From positions 1,944 through 65,943 of the forward strand of contig CAZCAV010000005.1 of assembly GCA_964496795.1 (NCBI GenBank): a DNA stretch of 64,000 bases, read 5' to 3'. The notes below the pieces were generated by a model. The model ran no database searches, was not told the DNA's origin, and saw only the letters and a program-made list of their open reading frames with translations. Position numbers and translations under genes: made by a program. Positions 1-15,000 of this stretch are shown here, one piece after another. This DNA comes from an uncultured Oscillospiraceae bacterium. GTDB taxonomy: Bacteria; Bacillota; Clostridia; Christensenellales; CAG-138. Positions within the stretch are counted from its first letter, which is position 1, and every line of letters starts with the position of its first letter.

Positions 1-3000
1 GAAATTATGCGATCATCCCCTCCGGCTTCTCTGCCGCCAACTATACCTTCGCATACCAAAACGGCACGCTCACCGTTTCGCCTATCGCCGTCAGCAGCGT
101 GGACAATATCAGCATCAGCCTGCCGCAAAACAGCTTTCAGTATTCCGGCTCCGCTATTACGCCCGCCGTCACCGTGACGGAGGGCGGCGTTGCCATGAGC
201 GAGGATGACTATACCGTCAGCTACTCAGATAACACAAACGCCGGAACGGCTACGGCGACAGTCAGCTTTACACGCAATTTCTCCGGCTCGCTTTCCGGGA
301 CCTTTTCGATAACTCAGGCAAGCGGAACGCCCACAGCCACGCTGTCCAATTGGGTATACGGCGACACGGCTGCCGAGCCTGCGCTCAGCAACAATCCAAG
401 CGACGGAACCGTCGCATGGTATTATCGCGCCGCAGACGAGGAGCGGGATGACGCCATCGCCGTCCAGCCCACAGACGCCGGCAGCTATCTTGTATACGCC
501 GTCGTGGCGACCACCACAAATTATCAGGAGATCACTACCGAGGACGCTTCCTTCACCATTTCGCCGCGTCCTATTACCATCACCGCCGCCAGTACAAGCT
601 GGGTGTATGACGGCAGCGCCCACTCAGACGTCAGTTATATACAAACGGGCGACTTTGCCGGCTCGGACAGCTTTCGCAGTGTTTCCGTCACCGGAAGCAT
701 CACGGATTTCGGGACCGCGGCCAACGTCATCAGCTACATTCTGGCGTCTTCGACAAAAGATTCGAATTACAGTATAAACGCCGTGAATGGAACGCTCAGT
801 ATCACCAAACGGCCGCTTACCCTCCCCGCCAGCTACCATTGGCTTACCGCCAATCCCGGCACGGCCGCATGGGTAGCCGTATCGCGGGACAATCTCACCG
901 TCAGCTATGAGGTAAAGCTCTATCGCGTTGAGGCAAATAATCAAAAAAACCTCGTGGATACCCAGACTGTCTCAACGGGTACTCAGTATGATTTCTCCTC
1001 CGCGATCAAGGCCGATTGCGCAGAGCAAGGCGGCGCTTATTCCTATTGCTATACCATTCAAGCCCAGCCTGCCGGCGGTACAGCAGTGGAGAATTATGTC
1101 GCAAGCGCCGTGTCGGACGACAGCAGCGCTGTCAACACCGCATATATCAGCGTATCCGGCGGCACAGGCTTGAACGCCGCCACCATCGGCGGCAGCAGCG
1201 CCTGCTATTTGATCGCCGGCGAAACCGCCAGTCTTTCTGCCACCGTCAGCAGCGGATATACCTTCGACGAATGGAGCTGCAGCGACAGCGTCATTACACT
1301 TTCCGGCGCGTCCTCTGCCGCCGCGAGCCTCAGCCTTTCCTCCACGCTCGCCTCGCCGGCAGACGCAATTTCCGTCAGCGCCTCCGCGACCGACAGCGCG
1401 CCTGTCATCGCCGCATTTACCGCCGCCAACAGCACGGATCTTCAGTCTGTGACATTGAATCTGCAGGCTTCCGACGGCGTGGGCGTCACAGCCTGGGCTA
1501 TTACGCAAAGCGCTGCCGCTCCTGCGGCGGACGCCAGCGAATGGACGAGCCTGACAGAGCCCGCCGCCTCTCTGAATGAGACCCTGACCGTGACCGCAGC
1601 CGGCACATACTACGCCTATGTCAAGGACAGCGCCGGCAGCATCACCGGCAGCGACGGCTCCTTAAGCGTATACAGCGTGAGCTTTGCCGCAGGCAGCGGC
1701 GGCTCGGGCAGTATGGACAGTATACTCAAGGCGCAGAATACCTCCGTCTCTCTGCCCGCCAGCAGCTTTACCCAATCGGGCATGGCCTTCCTCAGCTGGA
1801 GCGGCAGCACAGGCCTGTATTCCGATCAGGGCTCCTATGCCGCAAACGCCAGCGACACGCTGACAGCTCAATGGACGAACGAAGAGTTCAGCTACACAGT
1901 CCAGTACTTCTATATGGGCACTGACGGCAGCTATGCCGCCACGCCGGACGACAGCGGCTCCTTTACCGCGCTGTACGATACGGAGGTAAGCAGCAGCTCC
2001 GCCCACATACAAAGCGTCCTTACCGGTTTTTCTCTTGACGAGAACAAGGCCGGATCGATCACCGTCTCACAAAACGGGTTGACGCTAAAGGTCTACTATA
2101 AGCGCAACAGCTATACCATCACATACAGCTACCGCATACCCGGAAACAGCGCCGACACCACCAGCACAAGCACCTTCCTTTTCGGCGCCGCCGTTACCGA
2201 AGCGGCAAAGCCTTCGCAGGCGGGCTATACCTTTGTCGGCTGGGTGTATGGGGAAGCGGGCACCGCGCCCAGCACCATGCCGGCAAGCAATATCAACGCC
2301 ACCGGCAGCTTTAACTCCAACTCCACCACCTATACCGTCGTCTGCTATACGCAGGGCTTGGACGGCATATATACGCTGGATCCCAGCCTCACCGATACGA
2401 AATACGCCTCCCACGCCGAATCGCTCAGCTTCAGCACGAGCGACGCCGTGGCGGTTTCCGGCTTTACCGCCGCAGGCGTCAGCGTCAGCTATGGCGTTGT
2501 GGGCGGAACCGCCGCAAGCACGAGCAGCAGCGCCAGCGGTACAGCTTCCGCCATCGACAGTCAGGGCCTGTATGTCAACTATTACTATACCCGCAACAGC
2601 TATACCCTCACGCTGAACGTCTTTCAGGGTTTAAGGGATGTGTCGGACAATCTGAAATATACCCATAGCTGGACCATTTTGTACGGTCAGGCGCTCACTG
2701 CGGACGACTATTCCACATATGAGCAGAGCACCTGGACGCACAGCGAGGGTTATGAGCTGGCAGACTACTCCGACTGGAGCACCGACTCCGCCCCAACGTC
2801 CATGCCGGCCGGAGACGTGGTGGTTACCCGAGACTTCGTGTCCACTACCGAATCCAGCTATTATGTCAAAATATACTATGAGAACGCAGCCGCCGGCACA
2901 TACACGCTGCAGACCACGCTCCTGTATTATGGCAACGTGGGCGCGCAGGTCACTGTGGGCGGCAGCGACAGTGACACCATAAACTATAACAGCTTTTCAG

Positions 3001-6000
3001 GTTACCTCCCTTATTTCAGCTACTATGTGTTCTCTGAAAGCAACACAAGCAACGTGCTGTCCGCCACTGTCTCCAACGTCAACAGCGGCGAGGATCCGGT
3101 GGTGCTTGAGGTATACTTTGACCGCAGCGTCGTCAGTGCTACCATCACATACTATCATAACGAATGCGACGGCACCGGCAATCATGCGATCGCCACGGTG
3201 ACAAAAACGGGCCGCTGGGGAACGACCTACGATATCGCCCCGCTCGCCTATTTTTATGGTGCAAGTCCCGCGGCAGAAAACTATTTTTCCGCCGGTTATC
3301 TGGCGTCCTATTCCGGCTATTACTATTACGAGGGTTGGCATTGGCCGAACAGCAAGCTGACCGTCGCAGGCGATCTAAGCAAAACGTATACGAGCACATT
3401 CGGGCAGAGCGTCTCCGGCGTAACCAATCAGAATTATGTGAATGTCTACTACACCAAGGCCGTGCCCGAGACGCAGTATTACCTCACGGTCAAATACCGT
3501 CCCCAAGCACTCAGCGCCTGGACGGGCACAGCAGACCTGCCTCTTACCGTCAGCGTGGAGGGTTACAGCAACCCTCTTGAAGTCCGAGTCGCGAACCACG
3601 CCTATGTGTTCGACGACAGCTATACGGCAGCTTCCAGCGGCGATTATACGGCTTACCCCGGCGCAGCCCTGCTAAACGGCGTGTGGTCAGTGGGCGCGCT
3701 GAAATCCGGCTTCACCGAGGTCGTCTTAAACAGCGTCAGCTACTACACGGACGGCACCTATCTCTATGTGCTCGACAGCAGCAACCAGTTCTTTATGGGC
3801 AACCGCGTCTCCTACACCGCAGGCGACGGCTCGCTCATCTATACCACTGTCAGCGCTTTCCTGTCGGATTATCAGTCAAACACGGCCTATGCCTCCGACG
3901 CCCGCCGCTCCGGCGCCTATGTCTATAACCGGGGTTACAGCGCCATCATGTACGATAACGGGACTCTGACGATCACCTTCGCTTACCATGAGGTGTACCG
4001 CATCGCCTACAATATGGGGGGAAACACCTGTTATGGCAGCTATTATGCCTACGGCACGTCCATCAGCGCCGTAGACTATACGGACGGCTCCTTCCCCGCA
4101 AAGACCGGCTATTCCATCGTATGGTACAGCGATTACAGCTTTGCCACTCAGGCGTCGTTCCCACTAACGATAACGGGCAATGCCACGCTGTACGGGCGCT
4201 ATGAAAAAAGCGTCGTAGCCGGAACCGACTATGTATACTATCAGCTTGCCGACCCAGCCGTGATAAATGGCGCGGATGTATACTATATCACCGAATCAAA
4301 CCGTGAAAACTCCGCCGTTTCCTCCGGTATGACCAGCTCCACCGACAGCAGCAACATCACAAGCTGGTTTTATAACGGTGCGCTCGTGATGAAGGTCATT
4401 CCCCACTCCACCCTGACTTTTACCGTGATTTCCCTGGCGACCTCAAGCTATGCGCAGGCCGGCTATCACTTTGACGATACCAACACCGGCAATACGCTTA
4501 TGGGCTACTGCGAAACCACAGCCCTGAATCTGCGCGCCTATTTTGCCCGCGACACCTATGCCCTCACGGTGGACCCCAACAATTCCGCCGTCAGCAACAC
4601 CACCGTCTATGAATGCCGCTTTGGGCAGACGGTCAGTATTGGCGCCCCCACACGCGACGGCTACACTTTTTCCGGTTGGGCCTGGCAAAAATGGGACGCG
4701 GCGGAAAATGACGGCGAAGGCGGTTATGTGACATGGGACGGCGGCCCGTCAGGCAGCGGTACGGTTTCCTTTACCATGCCCGGGATTATTCTGAAAGCAA
4801 CCGCCCAGTGGACCCCCGCTGAGTTTAATCTGACCATTACGCACTATTTCCTTACCGGCGGAGGGGCCTACGACGTCTCCGGTCTTGCTGCGCTTCAAGG
4901 CCTGACGGGCGCAGCGGGCGTCATAAGCTTCAACGGAAGCAGTGTACAGGGCACGCTCTATTCCTCAGGCGGCAGCATTGTTGGCGCTTCCTTTGAATCG
5001 GACGGGAAAATCCTATGGTTCTCAGCAAGCAGCGCCACTGTGGATCTGACAAATCTCATCGCCATTACCCAAACCGTCAGCTGTGCCTCCGAGGATGAGG
5101 ACAACGTCAGCGACAATACTATCAGCGGCTACAGTCAATACAGCTATGCCCTTACCCTCTATCAACCCGGAAATACCGTCGAGACTCTGGGCGCAGACGA
5201 TACCTACGCCTGCGTCTACGGTATGAGTCTCAGCTATTACTATACCCGCGGCAGCTTTACCGTCAGCGCCGCGTCCAAGGCCACCGACAACCTGTCTGCG
5301 AGCGCCTCCATTACCGGCTCTGGCAGCTATGTTTTCGGTTCCGCCGCCACGCTCTGTATTACCATCTCTCAGGGCTATACCTTCCTGGGATGGTACAAAG
5401 CGTCGGATGTGCTTGAAGACGGCAGTCTGAAATCTGATATCTCCGCTTATACCGCCCTTTCGGGCAGTCCGAGCTATACCTTCACCGTCATGAGCGCCGT
5501 GGATGCGGTAGCGGTCATACAGCCTCTGGCCGCGGCGGAACCGACCGTCTCCGTGAGCGCGTCGATCGCCGGAGACGCCTATACCCTGACCTATGGCTAC
5601 GCCGCCTCCGCGGCGAACACGCTTTCTGCGTCCGTGGCCCTTTCCGGCGACGCCGCCGCCCATACCGTGGTATCCGGTTATCAATGGCTGGAGGACGGCG
5701 TCAATATTTCCGGCGCGACCTCCTCCACGTTCCTCATTCCCACCGGAAAATCGGTGGGCTCTTATAGCTACACCTGCAAAATCACGCTGACCCGCAGCGA
5801 TAACGGCCGCTCTGCTGAGCAAACCTCCGAACCCTATATCGTCACGGTGCAGAAAGCAAATATGAGCGTCTCCGCGTCCGCTTATTCCGGCGTGTATGAC
5901 GGCGGCGGGCATACTGTCTCGATTACTGTCACCGCGCCCTCCGGTTCAAGCGACTGCACCGTCTATTATTCAAGCACGGAGCTGTCGGAAACCAACTACG

Positions 6001-9000
6001 CCTCCGCCGGCTCCACCGTTAATCCCGCCTACACGAACGTTCAGCTTGACGCAAGCGGCAGTCCGAAGGCCTATACGGTATATTATTATATCCACGATCT
6101 TACCGGCAACTATTCTGACGCGACGGGCAGCTCGACGGTGCTAATCACCCCCGCCACCCTCACCCTTACCACTGCCAGCGCCGCCTTTTCCAAGACCTAT
6201 GACGGCTCGTCAGCCGTCAGCGGGGATCTCAGCGACAGCAGTTCGGACCTGTACCGGCTTGCCCACTCGACCTGTTATACCATACACGGCCTGATGAGCG
6301 GTGACAGCGTCAGCAATTACCTTGTTTCATGCAGCGCGACCTTCAACAGCAGGAACGTATCCACCGCCAGCAGCGTTACCCTCAGCGGTCTGTCGCTTGT
6401 AAACTCCGACAATACCGCGCAGGCAAACTATATCTTTGCCTCCGACTATACGCTGCTCATCTCCGGCTATATTACTCCGCTGGCGCTCGACACGGTATGG
6501 TCCGAAACCCGGAGCTTTGTCTACGACGGGGAGGAGCACGCGCCCGGTATTGCGCTTGGCAGTCAAAGCCTGCCGGATACCGTGACCGTTTCCGTTACCG
6601 GCGCGCACGTCAACGAGGGCAGCTATACCGCGTATTCCGTAATTTCCACGGACGACGGCACAGAAAGCAGCAATTATACCATTACGGCGTCCTCCTGCAG
6701 CTATACCGTTACGGCACGGCCTGTTGCCGTCAGCCCCACGGAAAGCACCGTCGGCTATGACGGGCAAACGCACACGCTTTCCATATTCAGCTTCACAAAC
6801 GGATCGCTTGTCAGCGGCCACAGCTATACCGCCGCGGCAAACGGCTCCTATATCAACGCGGGAAGCTACACCATCACCGCCTGCGATCTGTTGATTACGG
6901 ATGCAAACGGCGTAGATGTGACAGATAACTATACGATTACCTACGGCAGCGCCGCTCTTATCATCACTAAGCGCGCCGTTACCTTCGACGGCGTTACCGC
7001 CAGCAACAAGTCCTATGACGGCACGGCCTCCGTAGACCTGATAACAGCGAACGCTGTGTTTGCGGGGATCGTCGAGGGAGATACCCTGACGCTTGTCGCA
7101 TCCGGAAGCTTTGACAACGCCAATGTGGGACAAAACAAAAAAGTCACGCTGTCCGGTCTTTCCCTTGGCGGCGCCAGCGCCGGCAATTACAGCTTGAATG
7201 TCGACGGCAGCCAGAAGGATACCAACGCCGCCATCACACAGGCGGCACTATCCTTCACGCCGTCCGATCTTACCGTGGTCTACGGCGAATCCGCAAGCTT
7301 TTCCGGTTCCTACTCCGGCTTTGCCGGCAGCGAGGATGTGACCCTGGCAAATCCGAACGGCAGCCCAAGCTATCTGATCCGTGCAGCCGGCAGCAGCGGC
7401 GCCTTTGCCGCCTATACCGCCGCCACGCCCGCCGGCGTTTACGATATCAAGGCCGATGTTGACAACGTATCCTTCGGCAATTACAGCGCAGACTGGAGCG
7501 GCATCAGCGGCAGGCTCACCGTCAGCGCGCGTCCGCTTTCCCTGACGGCGGCCGGCAGTCCTACGGTAACAAAGGTCTATGACGGAACCACCGCCGCAGC
7601 AAGCTGCGTCTCCGGCGACGATTACGTTCTCGGCGCCGTCGAAAGCGACAGCTCATCCGGCATCATCACAGGCGACAGCGTAAGCCTGACCTTCACCGCC
7701 GCCTCGTTCAACAGTAAAGACGTGTCAGTCGCCAATCAGGTGACGCTCACCGGTCTTGGGCTCAGCAACGCTAACTACACGCTTTCCATAAGCTCGCTGG
7801 ACATTCCCGCCGCCATCACTCAAAAGGCGCTCAGCATCAAGGCGGACAGCCAGGCCGTGGTCTACGGTTCCGCCGCCGCCTTTACGGCAAGCTACACAGG
7901 CTTTGCCGCCAATGAGAACGCAACCTTCCTGACCGGCAGCATAGCGTTCGCCTGCAGCTATGATCCTGAAGACGCGGCTCATCGCGGCGTGGGCGTGTAT
8001 CCGATCACCGTCTCCGGCCTCAGCTCAACAAACTATGCTATCAGCTTCGTTAACGGCGAAAATGCCGGCAAGATCACGGTGAGCAAGGCGGTCATTACGG
8101 TCACGGCAAATGATCAGTCGTTCACGCACGGTCAGAGCATCCCCGCCTATGAGAGCAGCTATACAACGGCCGGCTATAAGTATTCGGATGACAGCGCCGT
8201 GATTCCCCAAACGATAAGCTGTGCCTGCGCTGTTACAGCGGACTCTCCTGCGGGCACCTATCCAATTATTCCCGTCATAAGCGACCTGACCGCCGATAAT
8301 TACAGCTTTTCAGCGGTCAACGGTACCATGACCAAGGCGAAAAACATCGTTACCGTCAGCGGCGTCACAGTCAGCGGCAAGGTGTATGACGGTACCACCA
8401 AAGTTGACGGCAGCCAGATCGGCACAGGCAGCGTTGCGTATAGCTTTAGTGGAAACTCGCAGACAACGGCAGACGGCCAAAATGCCGGCGTCAGCGTTAC
8501 GGCCGTGTACGCGAGCGCCAACGTGGGCGCAAGCGTTGGCGTCACGCTCAACATAGAGCTAAACGCCTATCTCAAGGCAAGATATTACATCTTTGAGAAC
8601 GGCAGCCAGACCCAAACAGCCACAACCACCGCCCCGATCACGCAGCGGGTGCTGACTGTAAGCGCGGCAGATAAAACCGTCAGCTATGGCGGCGTCGCGC
8701 CCGCCTATACCGTAACCTATTCAAACTTTGCCCCGAATCAGAGCATCAGCTCCGGCTCGGACGTCACGGGGCCGGTCTCCTATACCTGCAGCTATACCTC
8801 TTCCAGCAGCGCAGGCAGCTATACCATCACCCCTTCCGGCCTCGCCAGCGGCGGCAATTACAGCTTCAACTATGTAAGCGGTACGCTCACGGTCACTCGA
8901 AGCGTCCTGACGGCTCCTGTACCGGTCTGGGACGGTGCTCAGCCCGGCTCAGTCACCTGGAACGCCGTGCCCGGCATAGGCAATGTCGCCCTGTCCGACT

Positions 9001-12000
9001 ATAAGCTGGAGCTGTACAAGGGAAGCACATTGGTCCATACGGTAAGCAGCACCGCCGATACCTCGTTTAATGCTGCAAGCGTCATCCGCACAAACGGCGC
9101 GGGCGCCTACACGGCCAAGGTCACAGCTCTGGCGTCCACGGAAAACAACACGGACTACAGCAATGCAGCCGACAGCGCCGCGGGCACGACAGCCGCGCTT
9201 TATGCGGCGAAGCTGACGTTTGTTTTCTCGTCCGACGAAACTACGCAGGCCGGAGATACGAGCAGCATCAGTATAAAAGGCGGAAGCAGCTATGTGGGCA
9301 TCGCGGGTGAAACCGGCATCGGACTGGCCGCCACCCTCTCGAACGCCACCGGCTACACCGTCTCCTCCTGCTCTGCGGGCAGCACCGCCGCCACAATTAC
9401 CGGCTCACTGAGCGATGCGAGCTATACCGGCGCCGCGGCGCTTTCCAGCAGCCTCGCCTCTGCGGACGATATCACCATCACCCTTACGCTGGCCGCACGT
9501 CCCGCTACGGCCGTATTGACGCTGGCCGTCGCCAATAATGGCGCCAAATTCTCCTACACCGCGGCGCAGGCTCCCGTTGTGACGGCAACGGTCTCCGTCG
9601 CGACCGGCGACAATATAGCTGTCGGGGACTATACCTATGCCTATGAATGGTCGCTGAGGACGTCCCCCTCCTCCGGTTTTGTCACCGATACGACACAAAC
9701 AGACAGCAGCTACGATTTCCCGACTGGTCAAAGGGCTTATTCAGCATATCAAGTCCAATGCAGGATCACCGCCACACGAACAGATAACGGCTTGAGCCGA
9801 ACCGTCGATACAAAAGCAACCGTTGTCATCAACAAGGCCGATCTGGCGCCCGTTCTGAGCCTGAGCGGCTGGACATACGGCGACAGCCGCGGCGTGCCTT
9901 CCGTCACCGGTAATCTGGGCAGTGGGGCTGTTACCTATTACTACGCCGGCTCCAACACCGACGAGGCCGCGTGGAATACCGCTATGCCCACCGATGCGGG
10001 AAGCTACTATGTCAAGATGAGCATTGCGACCTCTGACGATTATAACCAATACGTTATGCTTTCGCAAAGCGCCGTGCTCTTCACCATCAGTCCAAACACG
10101 CTTTCCGTACCCACCGGTCTGGCCTTTAGCGAGCCTACCGGCGTAGCCTCATGGACGGCTGTGGACGGAATCTCCGAGAATAACGGTTCAGAGTCCGCCT
10201 CCTCCGTGTCCGTGACCTATCAAGTCAAGCTGTATAAGGGTAGCACGCTTTATAAAACCTACGACGCCACCGCCGGTACGGAAATGGACATGTCCGCCGA
10301 TATCAGCGAGATTGGCAGCTACAGCTTCACCGTCACCGCATTGAGCAGCAATACCTCCAACTGCAAAAGCAGCGTTGAAAGCTCTCCCTGCAGCCTTACC
10401 AATACCAACGGAAACATTACGGCGGAAGGCTACACTGGCAACGCCTACTCAAAGGTGTATAACGGTGCAGCCATAGTCATGTCCGTCGTTGGCGTCAGCG
10501 GCGAGGTCGGCTATCAATGGTATAAGGACGGTAAAGTGATCAGCGGCGCCACCGCGTCCACGCTCTATGTCTATGACGTTTTAGACAGCGGGCTGTACTG
10601 CTGTGATATCACAAGCGGTTCCAATCAGGTTGGCCACTCGGTTTATCGAACCGTGGCCATCACAAAAAAGGCTCTTGAGATCACCGCCGATAACGGCGAG
10701 CAGATCTATAACGGCCAAGCGCTGAATAAAGAAAGCTACACCTGCACAAGCAACACCGGCTTGGCCGCCACGGATACGCTGTACAGTCTGACTTACACCG
10801 GCAGCCAGACAAACGTTGGCTCCAGCAGCAACATTCCGTCCGCCGCCGTGATCCATCGCGGCGCCGTTGACGCCACGGCCAACTATGCCATTACCTATCA
10901 GTCTGGCACGCTCACCGTAACAAACGCCGCGCTTACCGAAGTATCGGTTGTGCAGAGCGGCACGCTTACCTATACGGGCACGGCTCAGGCTGCCGCGGTC
11001 AGCGCAAGCGCCACCGCGGTCAATGCCCAGACCGTCAGCTTCCGCTATTGCGCCGACGAAGACGGAACGTATTCTTCCGCCGTCCCGTCGTTCATGTCCG
11101 CCGGCACGCACCGCATCTACTACCAGGTGTCTGCGCCGAACCACACGACCTGCGCAGGCTTCTTTGATATCGTCATTGGGAAGGCTCCTCTGACGGTCAC
11201 CGCAAATAATAAAACCATCACCTACGGCGACGCTCCGGCCAACAATGGCGTCAGCTACGATGGTTTTGTAAATGGCCAGACGGCGGCCGTTCTCACCGGT
11301 ACGCTCGCCTACTCCTACACTTATGCGCAAAACGACAGCGCAGGCAGCTATTCCATTACGCCAGGCGGGTATACAGAGGTCAATTATGCAATCAGCTATG
11401 CAAACGGAGCTCTGACCGTCCAAAAGGCCACGGTTGCCGAGCCGACGATACCGTCCAAGGTCTATACCGGAGGTACGCTTACCGCGGCCGTCAGCAATAC
11501 AGCCCGCTATAACGTGACCGCCAACGCCGGCGGTACATCGGCAGGCAGCTACAACGTCGTCCTGACCCTCACCGACAGTACGAATTACCGGTGGAGCAGC
11601 GTCAATACCGCGGCCGTAACGCTGAGCTTTACCATTACCCAAGCTGCGAACGTCTGGACGCAGACGCCCGCCATCAGCGGCTGGACCTACGGCGATAGCG
11701 CCAACGCACCCACGGCCGTATCCAAATTCGGCATCTGGTCCGTCAGCTACACGGGTACGGTAAATGACGGAACCGCCTACGATTCCAGCGCTGCGCCCTC
11801 GCAAGCCGGCAGCTATACGGCACATTTCAACGTCGTCCAAACGAGCGACTATACAGGCTTGACCGCTTCCTGCGCGTTCAGCATCGCGAAAAAGGCGCTT
11901 ACTGTCACCGCCAAAGACCACGTCATTACCTACGGCGACGCTCCGGCTAACAACGGCGTGGTATACGGCGGCTTTGCAGGCAGCGAAACCGCTTCCGACC

Positions 12001-15000
12001 TTGGCGGATCGCTTTCCTATTCTTACACATATACACGGTACGGCAATGTCGGCGAGTATCTCATTCCGTTGTCGGGGCTTTCGAGCAATAACTATACCAT
12101 CAGCTGCGTTGACGGCAAGCTCACCGTGAGTCAAAAGGCGATCACCGTCCGAGCGGAGGCAAAGTCCAAGGTGTACGGCACGAACGAGCCTGCGCTCACC
12201 TACACCGTCAACGCCGGCGGGCTGTTAAACGAAGATACGCTCTCCGGAAGCCTTACAAGAGATGTGGGAGAAAATGTAGGGCAGTATGCCATTGGCGTTG
12301 GAACGCTGAATAACGATAACTACGCCATCGACTACACGAGCGCATATCTCAGCATCACACCTGCCGCGCTCACTGGCGCCGTTCAGCAAAGCGGCACGCT
12401 CACCTATACAGGCGCCGCGTTGACAGCCTCCCTGAGCAGCACCGTTGCAGCGGTAAACAGTCAGACTATCCGCTACACCTACTGCAAAACCCAGGACGGA
12501 GAGTATCTGGCAAGCGTGCCGACCTTTGTCAGCGTAAACAGCTATACCGTCTACTATAAGGCCTCCGCGCCGAATCATGATGTTTTGTCCGGAAGCTTCA
12601 CCGTGACCATCCAGAAGGCCACGGTTACCGAGCCTGCCATTTCCGCAAAGGCTTATACCGGCGGTACGCTTACCGCCGACATAAGCAATGCAGCCCGCTA
12701 CACCGTGACCGCCAACGCCGGCGGCATCGAAAAGGGCACTTACGACGTTGTCCTCACCCTCGTCGACAGTAATAACTATCGGTGGAGCAGCGTTAATACC
12801 GCGGATGTAACACTGAGCTTCATCATCAGCGAAGCTGTCAACACCTGGACGCAAACGCCCGCTATCTCCGGCTGGACCTACGGCCAAAGCGCCAGCGCGC
12901 CCACAGCAGCATCTAAATTCGGCGTCTGGTCCGTCAGCTACACCGGCACTGAGAACGACGGCAGCCCCTACAACTCAGGCGATGCGCCCTCACAGGCAGG
13001 CAGCTATACGGCCCATTTTTCCGTTCCGGCCACGGCAAATTATCCGGCGCTGACGCAAAATGTGGATTTCACTGTTGCCAAGGCCCAGTTGACCGTCGCC
13101 GCCAACGACCATGCCGTCACCTACGGAGACGCTCCGGCCAATCACGGCGTCAGCTGCACAGGCTTGGTGAGCGGCGATACGCAGTCCAGCCTTGGCGGCG
13201 CGCTTTCCTATCAGTACACCTATCATCAGAACGATCCGGCAGGCAGCTACCTGATCACACCGTCGGGCCTTAATGAATTTAATTATGTCATCGCCTATGT
13301 AAACGGCACGCTCACCGTGACCAACGCCCGGCTTTCCAATATTTCCGTCGGACAAGGCGCTGCGCTTACATATACCGGAACAGCTCAGACGGCCGCCGTC
13401 AACGCGAGCGCTGCGTCTGTCAACAATCAGACGGTCAGCTTCAGCTATTGCGCTTCCGAAAACGGAGCTTATACTTCCGCTGTCCCTTCGTTTATGCCCG
13501 CGGGCAGGCACAGAATATATTATAAAGCGACTGCGCCAAATCACACGGACTCCACCGGCTACTTTGACATAACTATTCAAAGCGCCACTCTGACCATTAC
13601 CGCCAAAAACAAAACCATCGTCTATGGAGACGCTCCGGCCAATGATGGCGTAAGCTATTCCGGCTTTGTGAACAATGAAACCGCGGCCGTTCTCAGCGGA
13701 GCGCTCCGCTATGCTTACAGCTATACGCAGTATGACGACGCAGGCGAATATGCGATCAAGCCCTCCGGCTGTACAAGCAGCAATTACGCCATCCGCTATG
13801 TCGACGGCGCCCTCACCGTAAGCAAAAAGGCAATCACCGTCACCGCGGAAGCAAAGAGTAAGGAGTACGGCACTGCGGCAGATCCCAACCTGACTTATAC
13901 GGTCAGCGCAAACGGGCTGGTGAACAACGATACGCTGTCCGGAAGCCTTATGAGAGTCGCGGGCGAAGCCATAGCGGATTATGCCATTCTTCTGGGCACG
14001 CTGAATCATGCGAACTATACCATTACCTTTGTAGGCGCCCTGCTTAGCATCACAAAGGCCACCCTCACGGTTACCGCCGACAGCCAGACCATCACCTACG
14101 GCGAGGCTCCGACCGGCTTCAGCGTCAGCTATTCAGGCTTTGTGGATGGCGACGATGAAACAGCGCTTGGCGGCACGCTGACCTGCGACTGCCCCTACGC
14201 GCAATATGGCGCCTCCGGCAGCTACAACATCACGCCCGGCGGCTATGAGAGCAGCAAGTACACATTCCGATATGCAGCCGGAACGCTGACAGTACAAAAC
14301 GCTGCGCTTACAAACGTTTCGGCCGCTTCAGACAAGAGTCTTGTCTATAACGGCGCGATGCAGACGGCTGCGGTAACCGCCTCGGCCACTGCGGTAAACA
14401 ATCAGGCCGTCACATATACCTACTGCGCCACGCAAAGCGGCGCCTATTCCGCATCCGTTCCCGCCTTCAAGGACGCGGGCGAGCACAGGGTATACTACAT
14501 TGTCGCGGCGCCGAACCACGATGCCGTCAGCGGAAGCTTTGTTGTAACCATTTCAAAGGCCGCTTTGACCATCACCGCCAATGACCACGCCATTACCTAC
14601 GGCGACGCTCCGGCCAATAATAGCGTAACCTACGCCGGCTTCAAAGGCGCCGACTCGAGATTGAACCTTGGCGGCACGCTTTCCTATACCTACAATTACA
14701 AGCAGAACGACGCCGTGGGCGAATACAGGATAACGCCCTACGGCTATTCGGATACAAACTATACGATCAGCTATAAAGCGGGCACGCTGACAGTGCAGCC
14801 GGCACAGCTCAAGGACCTGCGGGTGACGCAAAGCGCCGCGCTGGTTTTCTCCGGCCTGCCGCAGATCGCCGCGGTGAGCGCAAGCGCGCAGTCCATAAAC
14901 AGTCAGCCTGTAAGCTTCGTTTATTCCACTTCGCAAAGCGGAGCCTATTCCGCCTCCGTTCCCGCCTTTACCGAAGCGGGCGAATACACGGTATACTACA

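Noticed and set aside
943-949. A7 homopolymer inside the giant CDS as a possible slipped-strand phase-variation switch.
   Set aside because: The tract is short for a contingency locus, it is the only one of its kind I noticed, and nothing else suggests phase variation. It cannot be supported from sequence alone.
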